The position numbers were made by a program, and so were the translations under genes. Positions 19,010-28,508 of a DNA stretch of 39,077 nt are shown here, piece after piece; the first letter of the stretch is position 1, and each line of letters begins with the position of its first letter. The notes under the pieces are model-generated. The model saw only the letters and a list, made by a program, of their open reading frames with translations, was not told the DNA's origin and searched no databases. The stretch is taken from the sequence record SRR33789315_37; one strand, 5' to 3'.

Positions 19010-19774
19010 ATGAATAGAATCAATCAAAAATTAGCTGAAAACAAAAAACTGCTATCTATTTATTTTACAGCAGGATATCCTAACACAAACGACACTATTT
19101 CGATCATTAAATCACTGGAAAACAATGGTGTGGATATGATCGAGATTGGGCTTCCTTTTAGTGATCCGCTGGCAGATGGCCCAACGATTCAGGCAAGTTC
19201 TACCACGGCGCTTAAAAACGGAATGACCACACACCTCCTCTTTGAACAACTCAAAGACATTAGAGAATCGGTTGCTATCCCACTGATTATAATGGGGTAT
19301 TTCAACCCGGTTTTGCAATATGGCGTAGACGCTTTTTGTGCTAAATGCGAGGAAATAGGCATCGATGGTTTGATTTTACCTGATCTTCCGCTAGCTGAAT
19401 ATCAAGAGCATTACCAAGCTATTTTTGAAAAATACGGATTGATCAATGTATTTCTTATTACGCCCCAAACGTCAGATGCGCGTATTCAGCAAATCGATGC
19501 CGCTTCAGACGGGTTTATTTATATGGTGAGCAGCGCCAGCACAACAGGCAAAACGTCTGGTTTCAGCACGATACAAACCGATTATTTTGAACGTATTGAT
19601 TCTCTTTCGCTAAAAAACCCGCAAATCGTAGGCTTCGGGATCAAAGATGAAGAAACGTTTAAAGCAGCTACCAAAACTGCAAAAGGCGCAATCATTGGTT
19701 CGGCTTTTATCAAGCATTTAACCGAAAAAGGCACCCAACATATAAGTGATTTTATTTCAAGTATTCGTTCCTGA
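19010..19774 (+). CDS. trpA: Tryptophan synthase alpha subunit
   Basis: AGYP, EIGLPFSDPLADGPTIQ, MGYFNP, VGFGI and IIGSA motifs. Confidence 0.95.
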   Translation: MNRINQKLAENKKLLSIYFTAGYPNTNDTISIIKSLENNGVDMIEIGLPFSDPLADGPTIQASSTTALKNGMTTHLLFEQLKDIRESVAIPLIIMGYFNPVLQYGVDAFCAKCEEIGIDGLILPDLPLAEYQEHYQAIFEKYGLINVFLITPQTSDARIQQIDAASDGFIYMVSSASTTGKTSGFSTIQTDYFERIDSLSLKNPQIVGFGIKDEETFKAATKTAKGAIIGSAFIKHLTEKGTQHISDFISSIRS

Positions 19775-19877
19775 TTTTAACAATTTCGTGTATTTTTTAA
19801 CCAGTCTTTAATAGTGCTTTATCAGTCTTTAACACACCTTCTTCTTAACTTTATAAGAATCCAAAAAATAGAAGATC

Positions 19878-20009
19878 ATGATAGACAAGAAATTTGAAAG
19901 AAAAACAGAACAAAAGAATCCTACTAATTTAACTGGAAACCGAAATATTCCGACTAATAAAGTAGATATAGACGAAAAAACAATAAAAAAACAACAGAAC
20001 AAAAAGTAA
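19878..20009 (+). CDS. Small hydrophilic 43-aa protein MIDKKFERKTEQKNPTNLTGNRNIPTNKVDIDEKTIKKQQNKK (not in ORF track)
   Basis: Manually read ATG..TAA; A-rich leader, -7-like TAACTTTA at 19846-19853, terminator directly after. Confidence 0.55.
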   Translation: MIDKKFERKTEQKNPTNLTGNRNIPTNKVDIDEKTIKKQQNKK

Positions 20010-20023
20010 GTTGTTTCAAACAA

Positions 20024-20057
20024 AAAAAAGGGCTCCATATCAAATGAGCCCTTTTTT
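20024..20057 (+). terminator. Intrinsic terminator
   Basis: AAAAAAGGGCTC-CATATCAAAT-GAGCCCTTTTTT. Confidence 0.8.
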
Positions 20058-20147
20058 ATTTTAAGCCTTATTATTCAGCGAAAACCTTTTCGTTCATAAA
20101 TAACTGATTTATAGATTTCTATATCATTCATTTAGCATGAGATACAT

Positions 20148-20178
20148 TTTGCGGTCTATCCTTTTACGTTTAGTTTTG
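20148..20178 (+). promoter_or_regulatory. sulP promoter (-33 TTTG, -7 TAGTTTTG)
   Basis: Consensus boxes at 20148-20151 and 20171-20178 with a 19-nt spacer. Confidence 0.6.
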
Positions 20179-20200
20179 CAGCTTGTTTGAAAAACACCCT

Positions 20201-21790
20201 ATGGAATTTATACGAAAGCGAGCTGCAAATGCAAAAAATGATATTTTAAGTGGATTAACTGTTGCCTTGGCACTTGTGCCAGAAGCAGTTGCTTTTGCCT
20301 TTGTTGCCGGTGTTGATCCGCTAGTAGGATTGTATGCTGCTTTTATGATAGGGTTGATCACTTCCATTTTTGGAGGTCGCCCAGGTATGATTTCTGGTGC
20401 AACGGGTGCGCTTGCTGTGGTAATGGTTGCTTTAGTCGCACAAGGTAACGATATGGGTGCCGAAGGTGAAAATCTAGGTCTTTACTACCTATTTGCTACG
20501 GTAATTTTAATGGGATTCATTCAGATTCTTGCAGGGGTATTTAAATTAGGAAAATTTGTACGCTTAATTCCACATCCGGTAATGATGGGGTTTGTAAACG
20601 GTCTGGCTATTGTGATTTTTCTTTCGCAGCTAGGCATGTTTAAAGAAACAGTTAATGGCGAAAAAACCTGGATTCAAGGCACATCACTTTACCTTATGAT
20701 AGGTCTTGTAGCACTGACTATGCTTATTATGTGGGGCTTACCCAAACTCACCAAAAAACTTCCGGAAGCACTTGTAGCCATCTTGGTTGTTGCTGCCATA
20801 GCTATTGGATTAAATCTAGATGTTGCCACCGTAGGCTCTTTTATTCGTGATGGTGGTGGTGAAGGCTTAAAAGGTGGATTGCCTCAATTTCAAACAGCGC
20901 TATTCAGCAAAATTCCATTTACTTGGGAAACTTTAAAATTTATTGGTCCGTATGCCGTGATTTTAGCAGCTATTGGGCTTATTGAATCTTTAATGACACT
21001 TAATTTAATTGATGAACTTACGGAGACACGCGGTCATAGTAACCGGGAATGTATGGCTCAAGGTGGTGCTAATATTATTACCGGTCTTTTTGGCGGTATG
21101 GGTGGTTGTGCCATGATTGGGCAGTCATTAATAAATATCAAAGCTGGTGGTCGCACGCGTCTTTCGGGTATTGTAGCCGCAGTAACCCTATTGATTTTTA
21201 TTCTTTTTGCTAGTGGATTAATAGAACGTATTCCTATCGCAGCTTTAGTAGGTGTGATGTTTATGGTCGTGATAGGCACGTTTGCTTGGTCTAGTTTTAG
21301 AATTTTAGGCAAAATTCCTATTGCAGATGCTATTGTATTGATTCTCGTTTCGGTGGTTACGGTATTCTTCGATCTAGCTATTGCGGTAATCGCTGGGGTG
21401 ATTGTTAGTGCTTTGGTTTTTGCTTGGAAAAGTGCAGAGCGAATCCGGGCAAGAAAACATATTAAAGAAGACGGAACCAAGGTTTACGAAATTTGGGGAC
21501 CTCTTTTCTTCGGAAGTATTCAGACCTTCAATTCTAAATTTGATGTAGCTAATGATCCTGAAAGTGTAGAAATAGACTTTATAGAATCCCGGGTAAGTGA
21601 TCACTCTGCTCTGGAAGCCCTTCACGGATTAGTTCAAAAATATAAAGCCGCTGGGAAAACATTAAAAATTAAACATCTTAGTGAAGAATGTCAAGAGCTG
21701 ATGATTAAAGCTTCTCCAAAACTGGCCGATGTAATTGTACATGATATTGATGATCCTCGTTATCATGTGATGGCTAAAGTGATGGGATAA
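20201..21790 (+). CDS. SulP family inorganic anion transporter with STAS domain
   Basis: DILSGLTVALALVPEAVAFA, GGRPGMISGATGA, GGMGGCAMIGQS and GPLFFGS motifs. ATG 20201 preferred over TTG 20183 given the promoter position. Confidence 0.92.
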   Translation: MEFIRKRAANAKNDILSGLTVALALVPEAVAFAFVAGVDPLVGLYAAFMIGLITSIFGGRPGMISGATGALAVVMVALVAQGNDMGAEGENLGLYYLFATVILMGFIQILAGVFKLGKFVRLIPHPVMMGFVNGLAIVIFLSQLGMFKETVNGEKTWIQGTSLYLMIGLVALTMLIMWGLPKLTKKLPEALVAILVVAAIAIGLNLDVATVGSFIRDGGGEGLKGGLPQFQTALFSKIPFTWETLKFIGPYAVILAAIGLIESLMTLNLIDELTETRGHSNRECMAQGGANIITGLFGGMGGCAMIGQSLINIKAGGRTRLSGIVAAVTLLIFILFASGLIERIPIAALVGVMFMVVIGTFAWSSFRILGKIPIADAIVLILVSVVTVFFDLAIAVIAGVIVSALVFAWKSAERIRARKHIKEDGTKVYEIWGPLFFGSIQTFNSKFDVANDPESVEIDFIESRVSDHSALEALHGLVQKYKAAGKTLKIKHLSEECQELMIKASPKLADVIVHDIDDPRYHVMAKVMG

Positions 21791-22066
21791 TCATAGGTTA
21801 AAATACTATCAATTTTAAACTCCAGTTTTAATTTTGGATGTTCTATTCTTACAGAAAATTCAACTGTTGGTTTTCACAACTAACTTTATTCCTAAAACAA
21901 AATTTCATAAAAAACACGTTTAAATACATCTATATTACGTTTATATGTTAATTTTTTAAAAAATTAACGTTTGTTTAATATTCTTATGCTTTTCGACAAA
22001 ATAGTATCAATACTCACGAAAACGATATAGTAATTTTGGTTCCATATTAACCTAAACAAACACAAA

Positions 22067-23647
22067 ATGAACAATTCTAAAAGTAATTTGATTCTGAAAA
22101 GAATCGGTTTGATCCCATTACTCCTACTGTTTAGTTTATTCGTAAACTGTAGTGAGGAAGAAATTATCTCTGTAGGAGATGCTGAAAAAGCAGCACAAAC
22201 ACTTCCTGAAAAATTTAGCACAAAAGCTACGGCAGGAATAGGTAATGGTGTCAACTTACAACCCTCTTATTACAATAGCGGAAACGTTGAAATTGGTTGG
22301 GATCTTATGGGTAATTATTCTGGCATCCAGTCTGTACGTATTGAGATTGAACCCGATCGTGTGACTCAAGGTGCCCGTTGGATTAGCGAAGCGCACGCTC
22401 ATGGTTACCAAGTTATTGCTACCTATCATGAAGCAGATCAACTGGGTGAAGACAATACCAGTTATTTGAATGCTGCTGCAACTTGGTGGGTTCAGAATTA
22501 TGCTACACTTTCTGCTAGTGGTTCGATCACTGTAAATTTGATGAACGAGTGGGGAAGCCACGATATAAGTACCAGTGCTTTCGCTTCTGCATACAATAGT
22601 GCCATAAGCACCGTAAGACAAGTATATAGCGGAATGATTATTATAGACATTCCGGGTTATGGTCAAGAAACACATACAGCGGCAGATGCCGTAAATAGCA
22701 TAAGCGATAGTAATATTGCTCTTTCAACACATATTTATCCTAGTGCCTATAATGTAAAACAAAATCACTGGTTAACTAATGCTGATTTGGATTATTTGGG
22801 CAATGCTGGTGTTCCTTGCTTAGTTGGTGAATTTGGTAGTGGTAATACTGGTGATGCCAACTGGTCTGCACTTGTGGACCACGCCAAATCTAAAGGCTGG
22901 ACTATTATGGGCTGGGCTTGGAATGGTGATGGGGGCGATATGAATATGGCTTCGCCTAAATGGGCTGACAATGCAAATGCCACCTCTTATACCGCTAGCT
23001 CATATATGAGCACGATTATAGATAAATTAGGTGGTGGTTCTTCAGGAGGCGGCTCAGGTGGTACTGGCGGAGGCACAGGAGGCGGTGATACCGGTAGTGG
23101 AAACATTTCTGTACGAGCAAAAGGTGTTGTAGGAGATGAGCAAATGCAGGTTCAGGTAAATGGTTCTACCGTAGGCACATTCACTCTTTCTACTAGCTAT
23201 CAAAATTATTCAGTAAGTGGTTCTGGAACAGTGCGTGTTGAGTTTACTAACGATCAAGGTGATCGAGACATTCAAGTAGATTATATTACCGTTGACGGAA
23301 CAACCTTTCAAGCTGAAGACCAACAAACCAACACTGCTGTATGGCAAGATGGTTCTTGTGGGGGTTCTTATAGTGAATGGATGCATTGTGGAGGTTATAT
23401 TGAGTTTGGCTCAAATACTACTCCTCCAGATCCTGATCCAGACCCAGTTCCCGATCCAGATCCAACACCTACAGGCGATTGTGGTGGACTACCTACTTGG
23501 AATGCATCAACAGCTTACACCGCAGCTGGAACAGAGGTTGTTTATAACGGTGTGCGCTACAGTAATAATTGGTACACTCAGAACCAAAATCCAGAGCAAA
23601 ACTCAGGACAATGGCAAGTTTGGAACAATCTAGGCTCTTGCAATTAA
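22067..23647 (+). CDS. Lipoprotein glycoside hydrolase: GH5 (mannanase/cellulase-like) + Gly-rich linker + CBM60-like + Pro/Asp linker + CBM5/12-like
   Basis: Signal ending FVNC-SEEE. GH5 acid/base NLMNEW, nucleophile VGEFG, GWAWNG. CBM60-like VEFTND..DRDIQVDYI..NTAVW..C..SEWMHC. CBM5/12-like W..STAY..VVYNG..Y...WYTQ..P..W. -7 box TAATTTTG at 22031-22038. Confidence 0.8.
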   Translation: MNNSKSNLILKRIGLIPLLLLFSLFVNCSEEEIISVGDAEKAAQTLPEKFSTKATAGIGNGVNLQPSYYNSGNVEIGWDLMGNYSGIQSVRIEIEPDRVTQGARWISEAHAHGYQVIATYHEADQLGEDNTSYLNAAATWWVQNYATLSASGSITVNLMNEWGSHDISTSAFASAYNSAISTVRQVYSGMIIIDIPGYGQETHTAADAVNSISDSNIALSTHIYPSAYNVKQNHWLTNADLDYLGNAGVPCLVGEFGSGNTGDANWSALVDHAKSKGWTIMGWAWNGDGGDMNMASPKWADNANATSYTASSYMSTIIDKLGGGSSGGGSGGTGGGTGGGDTGSGNISVRAKGVVGDEQMQVQVNGSTVGTFTLSTSYQNYSVSGSGTVRVEFTNDQGDRDIQVDYITVDGTTFQAEDQQTNTAVWQDGSCGGSYSEWMHCGGYIEFGSNTTPPDPDPDPVPDPDPTPTGDCGGLPTWNASTAYTAAGTEVVYNGVRYSNNWYTQNQNPEQNSGQWQVWNNLGSCN

Positions 23648-23678
23648 ATACTTTTCTTAATTATATATACTAGCCATC

Positions 23679-23712
23679 AAAAGCGATAGAACTTAGGTTT
23701 TATCGCTTTTTT
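23679..23712 (+). terminator. Intrinsic terminator after the GH5 gene
   Basis: AAAAGCGATAGAAC-TTAG-GTTTTATCGCTTTT plus T-run. Confidence 0.78.
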
Positions 23713-23832
23713 ATTTTAAATCTGTCATAATACTCTTAATTCTCAAAGGCGTTAAATTCATGCTAATCCTTTTTTAAGAGTAGAATATCGAATTTTCAAA
23801 TGTTAACTTTCCGCTTAAAAAGCTGAGTGACT

Positions 23833-25104
23833 ATGAAAAAGATACTAATAACCTTTATACTGACTGTTGCTATAGTTTCCTGTAAAAGCGAAACAAAAGT
23901 CAGTAAAGAACAAAAAGAAGAACTTGCAGATAACGGCACAACTACAGTAGAAACAGCGGTTGGTCCTTTAGAATTGGTTTCTCCTTACTCCACCGAATCT
24001 GTGAGTAAAAACAGTAAAGTAATTGATTGGCCAGAAGGAAAAACGCCCACAGCGCCTGAGGGATTTACGGTTACCCGTTTTGCAGATAGTCTGAAACACC
24101 CAAGATGGACGTATATAGCTCCCAATAACGATATTTTTGTAGCGGAAGCAGATACGAGAAATAGCGCAGACAGGATTACTTTGTTACGCGACACCAATGG
24201 TGATGGTGAAATTGATGAACGCTATATTTTTCTAGAAGACCTTAATCAAAACTTCGGCATGTTGGTGCTTGATAATTATTTTTATGTGGCTAATACTGAT
24301 GGCCTTTACCGCTTTCCGTATACGGAAGGTGCCAACAAAATTGATGGCGAAGGAGAAAAAATAGTAGAACTTTCAGCAAGTGGCTATAACAATCACTGGA
24401 CCCGAAATATCATTACCAATAAAACACGGGACAAAATATTTATCACGGTAGGTTCTTCCAGTAATGTTGGGGAACACGGTATAGAGAAAGAAGAAGGACG
24501 TGCACTTATTTTTGTCATCAACCCTGACGGAAGTGATAAGCAAATATATGCAAGTGGTTTAAGGAATCCAGTGGGTATTGATTGGAATCCCGTGACTGGA
24601 GAGTTATGGACGGCAGTGAACGAGCGTGACGAATTAGGTGATAATCTCGTTCCCGATTATGCAACCAGTGTAAAAGAAGGTGGTTGGTATGGGTGGCCTT
24701 TTAGTTATTATGGTGCCATTCCTGACCCAAGATGGGAAGATGATCCCCATCAGGATATGGTTGATAAAGCCATTATTCCCGATGTACCTTTAGGTAGTCA
24801 TACCGCCTCTTTAGGACTTGCATTTTATACCGCAGATGCTTTTCCTGCCAAATATAAAAACGGCGCTTTTATTGGTCAACATGGCTCTTGGAACCGTGCG
24901 GTATTTTCAGGATATAAAGTCGTTTTCATTCCTTTTGAGAATGGAAAACCTCAACCTCCCGAAGATTTTCTTACTGGTTTTATAGCGAATGAGGAAGCAG
25001 GAGAAGTCTATGGCCGCCCGGTTTGTGTAGCTGTTACTCCTGATGGTTCACTCTTGGTCAATGATGATGACGCAGGGATAATATGGAAAGTTACTGCTAA
25101 CTAA
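23833..25104 (+). CDS. Sorbosone dehydrogenase family / PQQ-dependent sugar dehydrogenase lipoprotein
   Basis: MKK..IVSC lipobox; HPRW, NNHWTR, VGSSSN, GLRNPVG, NERDELGD, GWP, HGSWNR and GRPV motifs. ATG at 23833. Confidence 0.87.
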   Translation: MKKILITFILTVAIVSCKSETKVSKEQKEELADNGTTTVETAVGPLELVSPYSTESVSKNSKVIDWPEGKTPTAPEGFTVTRFADSLKHPRWTYIAPNNDIFVAEADTRNSADRITLLRDTNGDGEIDERYIFLEDLNQNFGMLVLDNYFYVANTDGLYRFPYTEGANKIDGEGEKIVELSASGYNNHWTRNIITNKTRDKIFITVGSSSNVGEHGIEKEEGRALIFVINPDGSDKQIYASGLRNPVGIDWNPVTGELWTAVNERDELGDNLVPDYATSVKEGGWYGWPFSYYGAIPDPRWEDDPHQDMVDKAIIPDVPLGSHTASLGLAFYTADAFPAKYKNGAFIGQHGSWNRAVFSGYKVVFIPFENGKPQPPEDFLTGFIANEEAGEVYGRPVCVAVTPDGSLLVNDDDAGIIWKVTAN

Positions 25105-25114
25105 ATTTAAAATA

Positions 25115-27214
25115 TTGAATAGAAAATTCTTTAGCATTCTTTGTCTTTTGATCAGTGGTTTAGCGCTGGGACAAGAGACAGATTCTGTAAATGCTTCCAT
25201 ATCGACTTTACCTAATATATATATTATTGGCACACCCATACAAGATGAATTGCAACGCATTCCAGCTGCCATAAATGTCATCACGCAAACCTATTTGCAG
25301 CGTGGCAATACCCTATCTGTAGAAAACGAAATGAATAAAGCTCCAGGCGTACAGATGCAACAAGGAGCACTGAATACAAGCCGAATTACCATACGGGGAA
25401 TCGGATCTAGAAGTCCATATTCAACAAACCGAATCAAGGCCTATCTAGATGGTATCCCGCTAACTACAGCTGAAGGTGAGACGTCACTGGAAGATATTGA
25501 CCTCAACCTCATCGATCGTATCGAAATCATAAAAGGCCCGAACAGCAGTATGTATGGAGCGGGTCTTGGCGGGGTGATCAACCTGGATTACAAAAAGCCG
25601 TTGGAAGATGTAACTGGTTTTGATTTTAATTTCTCAGGAGGATCCTTCGGTTATTTTCAAAGAGGCGTTACAGCCTTTACTTCTTCCTATAAATCCTTTA
25701 TAAAATTGGGATATAACGAGCTTGACAGAAGAGGTTATCGGGACAACGGTGATTATGACCGAAAAAATATTTCGCTTTATGCTAAACATATTTTAGGTAA
25801 AAAAACTTCCTTGTCTTTATTTGGACTTTACACTCGTCTCAAAGCCTATATACCCAGTTCACTAAACAAAGACGATTTTAATAACCATCCTGATAAGGCA
25901 GCCTTTACATGGAATGCTGCGAAAGGTTATGAATCCTATGACAAAATCGTGACAGGATTATCCTTATCGCACCAATTTTCACCAGCGATCACCAATAAAA
26001 CCAGTGTATTTCTCAACTATCGGGACGGTTATGAACCCCGACCTTTTGATATTCTTGATGAAGACCAAACCGCTCTTGGTGCGAGGACAGCCTTCAATTT
26101 CCTCTTAAGTAAGCCTATTAAAGACAGTAGATACCATCCCGACAACAGACTGGCTATTGGTGCTGAATATTATAACGAAAATTATACAGCAAAACTGTAT
26201 GAAAACCTATATGAAGACAATGAAGGAAAAGGAAGCCTTAAGGGAGGAAACTTTAGTACTATCGATCAAAATCGAAACTATCTCAACGCCTTTGCGCAAC
26301 TTAACCTTCAATTACTTAAAACCATAAAAATCGATGCAGGAGTAAACTTAAATACAACGCATTATGAGCTTGAAGATAAATTTTTGAGCGATGGAAACAG
26401 TTCGGGTTCTTACGATTATGACACCCAGTTTTCACCTCGGGTGGGATTGACTTTTGAACCCGTGTTGAATAAATTTGTGTATGCTACTGCTAGCCATGGT
26501 TTCTCTATTCCTACTGTTGCAGAAACCCTTACACCCGAAGGCGAGATCAATCCAAGCATAAAACCCGAAACAGGTTGGAATTATGAGATTGGGGTCAAAG
26601 CGAGCTGGTTTAATAACCGATTGTATACCGAACTTGCATCTTACACGCTACGTGTTGAAAATCTTCTTGTTGCAGAGCGTATTGCCGAAGATCGTTATGT
26701 AGGTGTAAATGCTGGCAAGACTGAACATAATGGGATTGAGTTTCAGTTTAACTACCGGCAACCGCTTAATGATGCTTGGGAGCTTTATCCCTATGGCTCT
26801 TTTACTTTAAACGACCATACATTCAAGGAATTTGTAAATGAAGGCGTAAATTATAACGACAAGGAGTTGACCGGAGTACCCAAAAATACCCTAAACTTCG
26901 GACTGGAAATAGCCCATGATTCCGGGTTGGATATTAACTTAAACCTGAGATCTATGGGCAAAATACCTCTGGATGATGCCAATTCTGTATATGCGGATGC
27001 CTATCAACTTTTGAATTTACGTATTGATTATGGTTTTGGTTTATCTGATCTTTTAAACGGTTCTGTTTTTGGCGGAATAAACAACCTACTAGATACAGAT
27101 TATGCAGCACAGGTATTGCCTAATGCGGTTGGTTTTGGCGGAGCTTCACCGCGCTATTATTATCCAGGTGATCCGATTAATTTTTATGTTGGGATTCATT
27201 TTGAGATTCGGTAA
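25115..27214 (+). CDS. TonB-dependent receptor, YncD/PqqU-like
   Basis: Plug ITIRGIGSRSPY..IKAYLDGIPLT..EG..IEIIKGP.S.MYG..GGVIN and C-terminal RYYYPG..NFYVG. TTG start 10 nt after the dehydrogenase. Confidence 0.82.
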   Translation: MNRKFFSILCLLISGLALGQETDSVNASISTLPNIYIIGTPIQDELQRIPAAINVITQTYLQRGNTLSVENEMNKAPGVQMQQGALNTSRITIRGIGSRSPYSTNRIKAYLDGIPLTTAEGETSLEDIDLNLIDRIEIIKGPNSSMYGAGLGGVINLDYKKPLEDVTGFDFNFSGGSFGYFQRGVTAFTSSYKSFIKLGYNELDRRGYRDNGDYDRKNISLYAKHILGKKTSLSLFGLYTRLKAYIPSSLNKDDFNNHPDKAAFTWNAAKGYESYDKIVTGLSLSHQFSPAITNKTSVFLNYRDGYEPRPFDILDEDQTALGARTAFNFLLSKPIKDSRYHPDNRLAIGAEYYNENYTAKLYENLYEDNEGKGSLKGGNFSTIDQNRNYLNAFAQLNLQLLKTIKIDAGVNLNTTHYELEDKFLSDGNSSGSYDYDTQFSPRVGLTFEPVLNKFVYATASHGFSIPTVAETLTPEGEINPSIKPETGWNYEIGVKASWFNNRLYTELASYTLRVENLLVAERIAEDRYVGVNAGKTEHNGIEFQFNYRQPLNDAWELYPYGSFTLNDHTFKEFVNEGVNYNDKELTGVPKNTLNFGLEIAHDSGLDINLNLRSMGKIPLDDANSVYADAYQLLNLRIDYGFGLSDLLNGSVFGGINNLLDTDYAAQVLPNAVGFGGASPRYYYPGDPINFYVGIHFEIR

Positions 27215-27298
27215 ATAGCTTTAATGCTTCTTTTCCCATTCTCGTAAAACTTCCTGATATTCTTCATTAAGCTCGACAAGTTTATCCAGTAAATCAAA

Positions 27299-27979
27299 TC
27301 ATTTTTCTTCCTTCAACAATTCAGCATCTAGGTTGTGTGCAGCTACATATTCAAAAAAAAGGGTGTGATATACTGCTGGAATACCAAAATGTGCTGTTAG
27401 TAATTCTTCATTAAACAAGGTATCATCGCTAAAAAGGTTTTCTAAATCTTCTGTTTCAATTACTTTATAGGCTGGTGGCTTTACTTTCTTTTTTCCTCCA
27501 ATCATATCAATTAACATTTTTGTTACCCCAATAATGTCAACCCCATTAGCTTTAAAAGCTGGACGATACGTGTAAGGATTTTCTTTAATGTCCTGCATAA
27601 TGAAAGAGTTAAATCCTTGATTGACCTCTTTCTCATCAAAAGGCTCTGGTTCCTTTTCATTTACAATGTTAACCTCATCCAGAACATTTATATCTTGTTT
27701 GAGTTCTACAACCCAAACTTTTTGAAGATGTTTTTCTTGGATTTGAAGAAATTGGGTTTGATAAAAAGAAGCACTTATTTTAAGCGTGTCTCCTACCGCT
27801 GCCGCAATACTAAAATCGCCCCGTTTATTACTAGTCGTCAATATTTTTGAGGTAAGATTCTCAATTATTGCTCCTTCTAAAACAGCATCATCTGCATAAA
27901 TTTTTCCGGTTACTTGCTGAGCACTCAATACGTAAGTATAAAGGCAAATAACTGAAATAAAACAGATTTTTTGAAGCAT
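27299..27979 (-). CDS. Secreted hypothetical protein with N-terminal carboxypeptidase-regulatory-like domain; possibly truncated by an in-frame TGA
   Basis: Signal peptide from MLQKICF (27979); G.I..N.T...TSNKRGDFSI...GDTL and LDEV motifs. The frame continues 25 codons past the TGA to a TAA at 27221-27223. Confidence 0.7.
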   Translation of the reverse strand: MLQKICFISVICLYTYVLSAQQVTGKIYADDAVLEGAIIENLTSKILTTSNKRGDFSIAAAVGDTLKISASFYQTQFLQIQEKHLQKVWVVELKQDINVLDEVNIVNEKEPEPFDEKEVNQGFNSFIMQDIKENPYTYRPAFKANGVDIIGVTKMLIDMIGGKKKVKPPAYKVIETEDLENLFSDDTLFNEELLTAHFGIPAVYHTLFFEYVAAHNLDAELLKEEK

Positions 27980-28055
27980 AGTTAAGCAAGTTACACTACA
28001 TAAAGACTTAGCTTTTAGGATATCTGTTGCAGAAAGCTTCCTGGTTTTAGATGGA

Positions 28056-28508
28056 TTAGGTACGAACCACTTCTGGTACAAAACCGGTGTAGTCGCCATT
28101 ATTTCGGATAATATCCCGTACGATAGATGAAGAAATAAAACTCTTGCCAGAAGAAGTTAGTAAAAAGACGGTTTCAATTCCTGAAAGTTGTCGATTGGTA
28201 TGAGCGATGGCTTTTTCAAACTCAAAATCTGCAGGATTGCGAAGACCTCTTAAAATGAAACCTATATCCTGCTGTTTACAAAAATCAACAGTAAGACCGC
28301 TATAGGTCATCACCTTAATCTTGGGCTCATTCTTAAAGGTTTCGGTTAAAAAAAGCTCGCGTTGTTCCTGCGAGAACATATAATTTTTTTCGGCATTTAT
28401 GCCTATAGCTAATATAATTTCATCAAAAAGCGTTAGTCCACGCTCAATAATATCAAAGTGACCTAAAGTTATTGGGTCAAAAGATCCTGGAAAAACTGCT
28501 CTATTCAT
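28056..28508 (-). CDS. coaD: Pantetheine-phosphate adenylyltransferase
   Basis: FPGSFDPITLGH, RGLR..DFEFE and ISSSIVR motifs. Confidence 0.96.
   Translation of the reverse strand: MNRAVFPGSFDPITLGHFDIIERGLTLFDEIILAIGINAEKNYMFSQEQRELFLTETFKNEPKIKVMTYSGLTVDFCKQQDIGFILRGLRNPADFEFEKAIAHTNRQLSGIETVFLLTSSGKSFISSSIVRDIIRNNGDYTGFVPEVVRT

Noticed and set aside
19829-20038. 69-aa Phe-rich minus-strand ORF
   Set aside because: Antisense shadow of the A-rich plus-strand small ORF; it starts inside the terminator hairpin.
23030-23470. GGT/GGC-rich and CCAGAT-type repeats as a DNA repeat array
   Set aside because: Explained as Gly-rich and Pro/Asp inter-domain linkers with synonymous variation.
27299-27301. 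Selenocysteine or genetic-code reassignment of TGA
   Set aside because: No redox motif or obvious SECIS hairpin, and TGA serves as a normal stop in trpC and trpA.
27980-28099. N-terminal 40 aa of the 266-aa ORF-track call
   Set aside because: Overlaps coaD and precedes a clear signal peptide starting at ATG 27979.
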